NCBI GenBank assembly: GCA_963720565.1
Contig: CAVRFW010000005.1
Coordinates: 96,001-160,000 of the forward strand
Source: Candidatus Bathyarchaeota archaeon
GTDB lineage: Archaea; Thermoproteota; Bathyarchaeia; Bathyarchaeales; Bathycorpusculaceae
Direction of reading: 5' to 3'
DNA length: 64,000 bases
Each line of letters opens with the position of its first letter. Within the stretch, counting starts at the first letter, position 1. Position numbers and translations under genes: made by a program. The notes under the pieces were generated by a model that did not search any database, was not told where the DNA came from, and was given only the letters and a program-made list of their open reading frames with translations. Positions 41,841-49,937 of the stretch are shown piece by piece.

Positions 41841-42320
41841 ATGAAACTAAAAGAAGGCGTTCAAGCATGGCTAAATGGAGCATTAAGTGACCCCGTTGTC
41901 AAAATTCTCGCTAAAAATAGTCAATTAACAAGAACGCAACTCGAAACATTGCTCATAGACGTTTTAGCCGAGAATTTATCAAATAAACAGCTAAATTACG
42001 ACGAAAAAGCCAGATTAAGGCTAACAAACGCCAAAATAAGTCGCGGTGCCTTCAACAGGACATTAAAACAGTCAAAAGAAAATGTCATAAAATCGATCTA
42101 CACAGTTCTCCTTCTAGGCTACTTAGGCATCTTTGAAAGCACAACTTTAGACCCCTACATCGAGATAGCTAACAAATTACACGAGTACATTGAAGCTCAC
42201 AAAGGCAACCTCAATGAGGGTGAAGATACATAAGACCATCTAAAAGTCATTGATATCATCAGAAAGGAGCTAGAAACGAGCCTAAAACAGCTCTCAAGTC
42301 CATCAAAAGACACTCTGTGA
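41841..42320 (+). CDS. Uncharacterised HTH-like protein (in-frame TAA at 42231-42233; the frame stays open to TGA at 42320)
   Basis: LTRTQLETLL...YDEKARLR...ISRGAFNRTLKQ resembles a helix-turn-helix; 28 further helical codons follow the TAA. Confidence 0.7.
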
Positions 42321-42603
42321 CGTCACAAATCACAACTTTCAACGCAAGATAAAGCTCGTGAAAGCATAAGAACAAACAAGCCAAAATTCACAAACTAAAT
42401 ACCAAAATAAGCTTAAAACAAAGACATTCTCCACGACGGAATTTTCGGAAATTATTGGCATAGTTCCCTGCTCAACTGTGATATGTGATGTCATAGGTGA
42501 ATTTTCGAAGAAAGCACCATAAAACTTAAATCTTTACCATAAGACTGTGATATGTGATGCAACAAACTAGGTCACATACAAATCACAGAGGGGAATCTTG
42601 TGA
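42316..42603. repeat. TGTGA/TCACA array B
   Basis: Perfect palindrome TGTGACGTCACA at 42316-42327; exact 16-bp direct repeat ACTGTGATATGTGATG at 42475 and 42544; 11 pentamers in ~290 bp. Confidence 0.85.
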
Positions 42604-43313
42604 TTGAGCTCTCAGCAACACTCGTTATAGTGTTAATCTTGGTCACAATAGGAGCCTCGATAGAGTACTACAGGCAAATCCGAAAGACGCAAAGAGAATA
42701 TGAAAATGCCAAGAGCGCTGTTGAAAACATTGTTCTGAGTTTCAATAGAGAACTAAGAAGGGAAGCGGAAAGACTAGAGTTAGTAGCGTATAAGGTCGAG
42801 GGCAACAATGCTAGAGAAGACACCAACAGCAAGCGAATTGATTCAATCGAGATGAAAGTCGAGCCCTTGGAAAGTCTTCTTAGCGCGACATCAGAAAACA
42901 ATCAAGGCATTGTGTCGAAAGTCACCGAAGTCGATACTAAAGTGCAAGGACTCGAATTAGCCCAGGAGAGGCTAATAGCCAAAATCACGGGATTAGAGGA
43001 TGAAATGCAGAAATTCACATTCGCCCCTGAAATGAAGAGCGAGCCAGTTATGCCTATCAGAAGAGACAAGGCATTAGCGACATTGACTGAAACAGAGATA
43101 ATGGTGTTGGAAATGTTGTTATCTGAGGGCTCGAAAACGGCTCCTGAGATAAAAGAGAGAGTAGGACTCAGCAGGGAACATACCGCAAGACTGATGAAGA
43201 AACTCTATGAGGAGGGCTACCTGGAAAGAGAAACCGGTAAGATTCCATTCAGGTACAGCGCCAAACAAGAATTGGAAAAATTCCTAAAGAAGCCCGAAAA
43301 CCAACAGGCCTGA
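42600..43313 (+). CDS. Predicted membrane-anchored coiled-coil protein with C-terminal winged helix (MarR-like)
   Basis: N-terminal hydrophobic helix LSATLVIVLILVTIGA, long heptad-rich middle, LTETEIMVLEML...TAPEIKERVGLSREHTARLMKKLYEEGYLER. Confidence 0.85.
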   Translation: MIELSATLVIVLILVTIGASIEYYRQIRKTQREYENAKSAVENIVLSFNRELRREAERLELVAYKVEGNNAREDTNSKRIDSIEMKVEPLESLLSATSENNQGIVSKVTEVDTKVQGLELAQERLIAKITGLEDEMQKFTFAPEMKSEPVMPIRRDKALATLTETEIMVLEMLLSEGSKTAPEIKERVGLSREHTARLMKKLYEEGYLERETGKIPFRYSAKQELEKFLKKPENQQA

Positions 43314-43551
43314 CTTACCCAGAGAGGACGATTTTTTGCTTAAGTGTTTTTGTTCCTCCATCTACTTAAGAAATTTCAGCGAGGCGTGAGGACGGTAATT
43401 AACTCTCCAGTGTCTGTCTAGATAATCCGAGTGGCGAGAGGTTTTTGTTTGGACCACAAACTTATTCTTGGTTCCAATATAGCGTGCATGAGGGCATCTT
43501 AGGTAAATTCCCAGATTACTTGCTCTCTTGAGCACCGGGACGCGTTAAATC

Positions 43552-43995
43552 TTACTTCAACTGTTTCTGAATTATTGCCTGCGGAGCGCTTGGCGCAATC
43601 TTGTATTTCATGTTATTAGGTCCTCCTGTTCTCAGAAGAAAACCCCTGTTAGACATTCTAGCAAGATATGTTGAGACCGTACTGAGGCTTATTGGCTCTT
43701 TTAGTTCCTGTTCATAGACCGCCTGGATGTCTTTCGAAGAAAACCAAATCAAGGGAAAACTTTTCTGCGTTATGAAGCGCATTTTGTCAAATCTGGAAAG
43801 ATTATTCTTCGCGCCAGGGTTGGCAGCGTTAGAGACTGTGGCTTCTTCCGGCATGCCGCCTAGTAATTCAACGAGATCCAGTAATCGAACTGCTTTGTCT
43901 CGCGTTATTTGTCCCTCGAATGCGATAGTGTATCGATTACCTTCGCTATCGAATAGCTCTATACGCATTTTTCGAGCCGGCATTGAGTGGCTCAC
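43552..43995 (-). CDS. Uncharacterised protein with C-terminal winged helix
   Basis: FSSKDIQAVYEQE...ISLSTVSTYLARMSNRGFLLR...YKI; divergent from cdc6. Confidence 0.8.
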   Translation of the reverse strand: MSHSMPARKMRIELFDSEGNRYTIAFEGQITRDKAVRLLDLVELLGGMPEEATVSNAANPGAKNNLSRFDKMRFITQKSFPLIWFSSKDIQAVYEQELKEPISLSTVSTYLARMSNRGFLLRTGGPNNMKYKIAPSAPQAIIQKQLK

Positions 43996-44006
43996 CCTAA
44001 GAGATG

Positions 44007-44318
44007 TTCACAAGCTTTACACTTCACAACTTATAGCTGTTATGGTTAAATCAGCAGCAGTGAAAAGTCAATTTCAGTTCGGAAAAGATGAAATAGGCTG
44101 AATTTGCACTGTTTTCATAATTACAACCTTCACAAGAATCTGATTTCACCAAACAAATTCATGCTTTACTCAATTATGTATTTGCATTGGAAGCGTAGGG
44201 GGGTCTTCTTCACAGAAAAGGACCATAAAAATAGTTATTGTATTAGAAATAGAGGTTGAAATGAGGCAGTTTTATTGCAAATTCACACGGACTTCACAAA
44301 ATGTGAACAGTATGTGAT
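44007..44318. repeat. TTCACA/TGTGAA array C on the origin flank
   Basis: TTCACA at 44007, 44023, 44129, 44209, 44282, 44293; TGTGA at 44302 and 44313; palindrome TTCACAAAATGTGAA at 44293-44307. Confidence 0.7.
44181..44204 (+). promoter_or_regulatory. ORB-like element
   Basis: TTTGCATTGGAAGCGTAGGGGGGT (degenerate TTCCAnTGGAAA core plus G-string). Confidence 0.5.
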
Positions 44319-44447
44319 TTGAAGGGTTACATACACTATGAAAATAACAAAGTTAGAGTATTTAGAGCAAATGGGATGAAGATGCTAAAAAGTGTCAAAA
44401 TATGTAAGAATGTTCAAAGTCTTTCAATAGAATGGGATAAGACAGCC

Positions 44448-44468
44448 ACCCCTTCATTTCCTCTCGAA
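44448..44468 (-). promoter_or_regulatory. ORB element
   Basis: Minus strand TTCGAGAGGAAATGAAGGGGT. Confidence 0.7.
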
Positions 44469-44630
44469 AAGTTTCTGAGAAGAAGACAATAACAGGGTGG
44501 AAAAAAGATTAGTTGAGGATTATCTAAAAAAATGAATAACAAATACTTATTATATGCTCAGTGTTGCTTAGGCTTCAGAGTATATTTCCTATTAAAGGAA
44601 ATCATAACAAATTCTTAATAGTATAGTATA

Positions 44631-44652
44631 TTTCCAGTAGAAACTTTGGGGT
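44631..44652 (+). promoter_or_regulatory. ORB element
   Basis: TTTCCAGTAGAAACTTTGGGGT. Confidence 0.75.
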
Positions 44653-44753
44653 GTGTGGCTGTCTTTACTTTACCGCCTGCTGCTTTAAGCTTACATCACA
44701 TTTTAGGATTGTCGTGCTTCAAAACTACTTTTTTGTACTGCATCCTTTATCTG

Positions 44754-44773
44754 CTCCACTCGAAATAACGGTG
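44754..44773 (+). promoter_or_regulatory. ORB-like element just upstream of cdc6
   Basis: CTCCACTCGAAATAACGGTG. Confidence 0.5.
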
Positions 44774-44799
44774 TTGCCTTTGAAAGTGGTGGGTGCAAA

Positions 44800-46017
44800 A
44801 TGGGAAGTCATAGCACAATTGATGGAATATTCGAAAATTTCGTGAAGAGTGCCCAACTATTTAGAGATCGAGAGGTACTCAGGCACGACTATCTTCCTGA
44901 AAGCCTGCCTCACAGAGAAGAGCAAATTAGGCTTCTAGGTGAAACAGTGGCGCCAGTTTTGAAAGACGCTCGTTGTTCAAACATTTTCATTTACGGCAAA
45001 ACAGGTACAGGTAAGACTGCTGTGACCAAATACGTTTTGGGTCATTTGGAGACGAAAGCAAAGGAGTACGGTGCGCCAGTTAGATTTTCTTATGTTAACT
45101 GCAGGATGACAGGGTCAGCGTATAGAGTTTTTGCAAGTCTTACCCAGAGTCTGGGGATGTCTGTTCCTTTTACGGGGTTGTCTGTGGGAGAAGTTTTTGA
45201 TAGGTTTCGAGGGAGATTGGATTCTTCCCGAACTAATTTCATAGCTGTCTTAGATGAGATTGATGCCTTGATAAAAGATCGCGGAGATAGCGTTCTTTAC
45301 GAGCTAACCCGGATTAATGAAGGTCTCAGCAAGAGCAAGTTTTCCCTTATCGGTATATCCAATGACCTTCGATTGAAAGAGTTTCTGGACCCGCGCGTTT
45401 TTAGTTCATTAAGCGAGGAAGAAATAGTTTTCAGACCTTATGATGCAAGCGAATTGCGGAACATTCTTCTTGAGCGTTCAAAGTTGTCCTTCCACGAGGG
45501 TTCTCTTTCCGATGCAGCTTTGAGCATTTGCTCAGCCTTAGCTGCGGCAGAACATGGAGATGCTAGGCGTGCTCTTGATTTATTACGTGTTGCAGGTGAG
45601 GTTGCTGAGCGACGAGGTTCGAAACTGGTTTCTGAAGAACATGTTAGAGAGGCAGAGAAGCATATTGAGCATGACAGAGTCGTGGAAGCGTTGAAGAATT
45701 TGACTTTGCATTCAAAGCTTGTGCTTCTTAGTGTTTACCGTTTGAGTAAGGCGAGTGCAACTACTGGTGAGATTTTTGATGTTTACAGTCAACTCTGTGG
45801 CGAACTGGGATCCGGGCTCCTTACTCAGAGGCGTCTTGGCACTTTAATTAATGAACTTGACTCGATGGGTCTTGTGAATGCAAAAGTCGTGAGTATGGGG
45901 CGGTATGGTCGCACAAAGAAGATTAGGCTTGAGATATCACGGACTCTTGTCAAGGATGTTTTCCACGGTGATGCTCGACTAGGGCGCTTCTTCGATCCTA
46001 TCCGTAATTCCCTTTAG
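44800..46017 (+). CDS. cdc6: Orc1/Cdc6 replication initiator
   Basis: LPHREEQI, YGKTGTGKT, VLDEID, HGDARRALDLLR, C-terminal wH with GRYGRT. Confidence 0.97.
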   Translation: MGSHSTIDGIFENFVKSAQLFRDREVLRHDYLPESLPHREEQIRLLGETVAPVLKDARCSNIFIYGKTGTGKTAVTKYVLGHLETKAKEYGAPVRFSYVNCRMTGSAYRVFASLTQSLGMSVPFTGLSVGEVFDRFRGRLDSSRTNFIAVLDEIDALIKDRGDSVLYELTRINEGLSKSKFSLIGISNDLRLKEFLDPRVFSSLSEEEIVFRPYDASELRNILLERSKLSFHEGSLSDAALSICSALAAAEHGDARRALDLLRVAGEVAERRGSKLVSEEHVREAEKHIEHDRVVEALKNLTLHSKLVLLSVYRLSKASATTGEIFDVYSQLCGELGSGLLTQRRLGTLINELDSMGLVNAKVVSMGRYGRTKKIRLEISRTLVKDVFHGDARLGRFFDPIRNSL

Positions 46018-46112
46018 CATTTTGAATTATGTGCATCGAAAAACAGGTTCCAGAAGACCTATTTGGCTACATTGAAGTACAATAGCTCATCAAGGGTTAC
46101 CGCCTTGAAAGA

Positions 46113-47669
46113 CTAGATGAAGGACAGAACATTAGTTTCAAGGGTTTGGAGGTTTATCACCGGCACTTTGCCCGGCGTAGGCATTAACCCCAGCTTTTGC
46201 ATGTAGTCTGTCTGATCTTGCCATCCGCCCGAGTTAACAACTAGGACACCACGATAATTGCAGCATCCCACAACGTGTACGTGTCCCGCGTGAAAAACGT
46301 CGGGTAATCGATCTATTACAAGGAAATCTCGGTTTTCAGGCGATAACAATGTTTTCCCCCCGTATGTGGGTGCTAAATGGCGGCTTTGAAGGAGTAGTTT
46401 CATTGCTTTCTCAGGGTATGCATGACTCAAGCCAGGAATTGAAGCGATGACATCATCTAGACTGCGACCGTGGTACATTAAAACTTCCACTTTGTGAAGG
46501 CCGACCAAACAGGGGTCTCCAAGCGAGTGTACTCTCCTATATTTTTGCATATCACTCAAGAACTCATTTGATATTGCAGGCTGAGGGAGTGCTTTCCTAG
46601 GTGCGTCATGGTTTCCAGGAGAAACGATGACTTCGATATAGTCTGGTATTTGCCCGATTAGTTTTGAGGCAAACCTGTATTGTTTATGTACGTCTTTTAT
46701 GACGAGTTCCTTAATCTGGTTCGGGTAGACACCTACTCCGTCAACTATGTCGCCTGCAATTAGTACGTATTTGACGCGACCAGCAATTTCTCTCATTGTG
46801 TTGTTTCCGTATTTGCCGTTAAGCCATAAGATGAACCGGTTGAACGCTTCTCTGTTGAATTTTGTGCTACCTACGTGTATGTCGGAGGTAAGCACAGCAT
46901 AAACGGGTTCTGAAGACCTGCGTTGAGGCTTCTGACCTACTTCTGGAAAAATTATGTCTTCAGCTAGGAACAGCTTGCTTCTGGTTTTTACGCCTGCAAC
47001 ACAAACGACTTGGTCGGGAAGTAGCAACTGCGCTTTTCTATGCAACTCCTCAGGCGCGTTATGAGAAACTAGTATGCTGGCGCTTGCTTGCAAGTCTTCA
47101 ACCGTGATTATAATTTGTCTTTTTACCTCTCGTTTTTCAGTTACCATGCCTATTATTTTCAGTTTGGTCTTAGCGGGTGACTTCAATGCCTCAATAATCG
47201 GAGTTGCTGCCTTGACGTCTATCCTCTGTCGTAGAAGGCGTTCAATCCGTTTGAATCGATCCTGAAAGTATTGGAGGTATTCTTCTATTGTTCCATTGGA
47301 GGTGAGTTTCCCTGTTGGGTCTTCAATTATGCTAAGCTCTGATTCCACATCCTTTGCATAAGGATGAAAACTGCTGTTGGCTTCAGTGATTGGTTCTTCT
47401 GCCCTCTCTATTTGCTCTTCCTCTTTCGGTTGTTCGGGCATTTCCTCAATAGGACCTGGCTGACTAAGGAGTGTTTCCAGAAAGACTCTGTCAATAAATA
47501 CTGGTTTTTCGTTTAACTCCTCAATTCTCAGCAACGCCCTGTTCATAATGGCAGTGGGGTCGTCAGTTAGGGCTGCGGCGCTTAGGAGTTCAAAGGCTTC
47601 CCTGTCTAGTTGGTATCCCGCTGCAATAGTTGTTTCAACGGCTCTCTGTAGCCTTTCTATTCCACTCAC
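46113..47669 (-). CDS. polB: DNA polymerase D small subunit DP1
   Basis: SDIHVGS, AGDIVDG, PGNHD, YHGRS, RHLAP, GHVH phosphoesterase motifs. Confidence 0.96.
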   Translation of the reverse strand: MSGIERLQRAVETTIAAGYQLDREAFELLSAAALTDDPTAIMNRALLRIEELNEKPVFIDRVFLETLLSQPGPIEEMPEQPKEEEQIERAEEPITEANSSFHPYAKDVESELSIIEDPTGKLTSNGTIEEYLQYFQDRFKRIERLLRQRIDVKAATPIIEALKSPAKTKLKIIGMVTEKREVKRQIIITVEDLQASASILVSHNAPEELHRKAQLLLPDQVVCVAGVKTRSKLFLAEDIIFPEVGQKPQRRSSEPVYAVLTSDIHVGSTKFNREAFNRFILWLNGKYGNNTMREIAGRVKYVLIAGDIVDGVGVYPNQIKELVIKDVHKQYRFASKLIGQIPDYIEVIVSPGNHDAPRKALPQPAISNEFLSDMQKYRRVHSLGDPCLVGLHKVEVLMYHGRSLDDVIASIPGLSHAYPEKAMKLLLQSRHLAPTYGGKTLLSPENRDFLVIDRLPDVFHAGHVHVVGCCNYRGVLVVNSGGWQDQTDYMQKLGLMPTPGKVPVINLQTLETNVLSFI

Positions 47670-48086
47670 GCCGCAATGTCTCCTCTGCTCTATTCTTAGG
47701 CTATTTTCGCTCCTTCCCCAAGGACAATTCGCTTTCTCCCTCTTTTAGATTCAATAACGTTTGGGAAAGCAGTTTAATAGCGAGCAGTGTCTATATGTTT
47801 TCTCCTCTATTTGTCTATTCACTCTTGCCGCTTTGTGTTGAGGCTGAAATTCAGTTAGCTTTTCTACATGATATCTTCATCTACATACTTGTTGACAGTT
47901 GAATACGAGTTCCCAACGGTCTCTGATTGGGCAAAAATCTTGAATAAATTTGTTCACAGCACTCAAACAAGCATACTGGAAGCGAATTTCCTTTAATTTA
48001 CTTCTATCCCCCTATCTCGAACGTAGGGCTTTGGGAATATCTACAAGTGAAAACATTTTAGACAGTGCAGCACTCCTTGTATTCGA

Positions 48087-48210
48087 GCCGGGGTGGCGGA
48101 GTGGTTATCGCGCTGGCCTCGAGATCCAGAAAGGCACAGTTAGGGCTATGCCAGAGACAAGCCAGCCAGTGGGCCTTTGGCTCGCAGGGGTTCGAGTCCC
48201 TTCCCCGGCG
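48087..48210 (+). tRNA. tRNA-Ser(CGA) with a 40-nt intron at 37/38 (48124-48163)
   Basis: Acceptor stem GCCGGGG/CCCCGGC, anticodon stem CTGGC/GCCAG, long variable arm, T loop TTCGAGT, discriminator G. Confidence 0.9.
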
Positions 48211-48432
48211 CCCTTGCCCATTGTCTTACGCGGGCTAGATGGAATTTGAGGTCAAAAATTCTGACAGAACTTCTCCTATGACTTACCCTCCGAGCTTTGC
48301 AATTACTCCGTTTGTTTATGCAAGCTCTCCCACTGTCTTTTTCATCCCACCAACAAGAGCATTCAACCATGCAAAACATATTAGGCGCGTATATTCATGT
48401 ATCATCCGAAAGATTGGTGTCGGAGACGAAAA

Positions 48433-49818
48433 ATGGGCCTTCACATAACTCTTGTGAACCCGCCTTATCCAAGCGGGTCTCATCAGCATCCACCGTTCAC
48501 ACCTTTGGGTTTGGGGTATTTGGCTGCTGTTCTGGAGAAGAAGCATTACACTGTCGATGTGATTGATTGCCAAGCAATCGGATGGACGTATGAGCAGGTT
48601 AAAAACGAGGTCAAAAAACGCCGCCCCGACGTAGTGGGTATAACCTCTACAACGCTTACATACAAGTCAGCTTTGCGCGTAGCAGAATTAGCCAAGGAAG
48701 TATGCCCGAATTGCCTAACTCTTCTCGGCGGTTCCCATGTTACCTTCTGGGATGACAAAGCGCTACTAGACTGCCCCTCTATAGATGTTGTAGTGCGAAA
48801 GGAGGGTGAAAATACGCTGCTAGACCTTGTTGAGAGGATAGAAGCAGGGAAAGACTACCGTTATGTGTTGGGTACAACCTCTAGGAAAGATGGAGAAATC
48901 ATAAAGAACCCTGATAGAGATTACATCGAGAATCTAGACGAGCTTCCATTCCCAGCCCATCATCTTTGGCCAATCGACCAGCTTCAGAAGTATGGAAGTG
49001 TAGTGTTTCCGATAATCGCAAGTCGTGGTTGTGTTTACTGGTGCGACTTCTGCACAACTGTAAGAATGTTTGGACGTCGATATCGCATGAGAAGCCCTAA
49101 AAATGTGGTGGACGAGATTGAATATCTTCAGAAAACCTTTGGGGCTCATCAGTTTACATTCTATGATGACGCTTTTACTGTGAACCAAGAGAGGACCGCT
49201 GAGATATGCAGGGAAATAAAGAATCGAAAACTAAAAGTAGAATGGGACTGCGAAACCCGAGTTGACATGGTTACAAAAGATTTGCTCTTTAGTATGAAAG
49301 ATGCCGGCTGTTTCGCCGTGTGGTTCGGAGTAGAATCAGGCTCGCAGACCGTCTTAGATGCTATGAGAAAAGGGATTACTCCTGCTCAAACAATCAATGC
49401 TTTCAGTTGGGCAAAAGAAGTTGGGTTGATGACTGTTGCGGGCGTGGTTCTTGGTTTTCCAGGTGAAACCAAGGAAACCATATGGGAGACAATAAAGTTC
49501 ATAGAACGCCTTAACCCCGGCGACGTGGGCTACTATATTGCAACACCCTACCCGGGAACACCGTTGTATGAACATGTTGTAGAAGAGGGATTGCTTAAGA
49601 TCCACGACTTCGATAGATACGACACTGCAACTCCCGTGTTTGAAATGGGGACCATGACTGGGCAAGAACTGAGAGAAATTCGCGAACGCGCATTCGAGAG
49701 GTTCTATCTAAGACCAGGCTACTTTTTCAGCATGCTAGGCAAAGGCAGGTTCTGGAGCTTCTCGATAATTCGAACGATATTTGCGCATCTTGTTCGAGCC
49801 GTAAAACGCCGGCTATGA
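48433..49818 (+). CDS. Cobalamin-binding (class B) radical SAM protein
   Basis: PLGLGYLAAVL and GGSHVT (B12 domain), SRGCVYWCDFC, GVESGS, TPYPGT. Confidence 0.92.
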   Translation: MGLHITLVNPPYPSGSHQHPPFTPLGLGYLAAVLEKKHYTVDVIDCQAIGWTYEQVKNEVKKRRPDVVGITSTTLTYKSALRVAELAKEVCPNCLTLLGGSHVTFWDDKALLDCPSIDVVVRKEGENTLLDLVERIEAGKDYRYVLGTTSRKDGEIIKNPDRDYIENLDELPFPAHHLWPIDQLQKYGSVVFPIIASRGCVYWCDFCTTVRMFGRRYRMRSPKNVVDEIEYLQKTFGAHQFTFYDDAFTVNQERTAEICREIKNRKLKVEWDCETRVDMVTKDLLFSMKDAGCFAVWFGVESGSQTVLDAMRKGITPAQTINAFSWAKEVGLMTVAGVVLGFPGETKETIWETIKFIERLNPGDVGYYIATPYPGTPLYEHVVEEGLLKIHDFDRYDTATPVFEMGTMTGQELREIRERAFERFYLRPGYFFSMLGKGRFWSFSIIRTIFAHLVRAVKRRL

Positions 49819-49937
49819 ATGAAATAATTGCCTTCCCTTCTTGGTTGATTAGACGGGAGAGATCCTCGAATTTTAACATTGAAACTTCGAGCTCTACTGT
49901 GTAAGATATTTATTTTCCGTTTACCAAGTGTTTAGCA

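Larger units (their letters stand above)
44180..44780. other. Probable chromosomal replication origin (oriC)
   Basis: AT-rich non-coding region upstream of cdc6 with four ORB-like boxes; an inverted pair flanks an AT-rich spacer. Confidence 0.8.

Noticed and set aside
41324..44318. TGTGA/TCACA arrays as CRP/FNR sites or as a CRISPR array
   Set aside because: Half-sites are spaced N2, not the N6 of CRP boxes. There are no 25-40-nt repeats with unique spacers and no cas genes.
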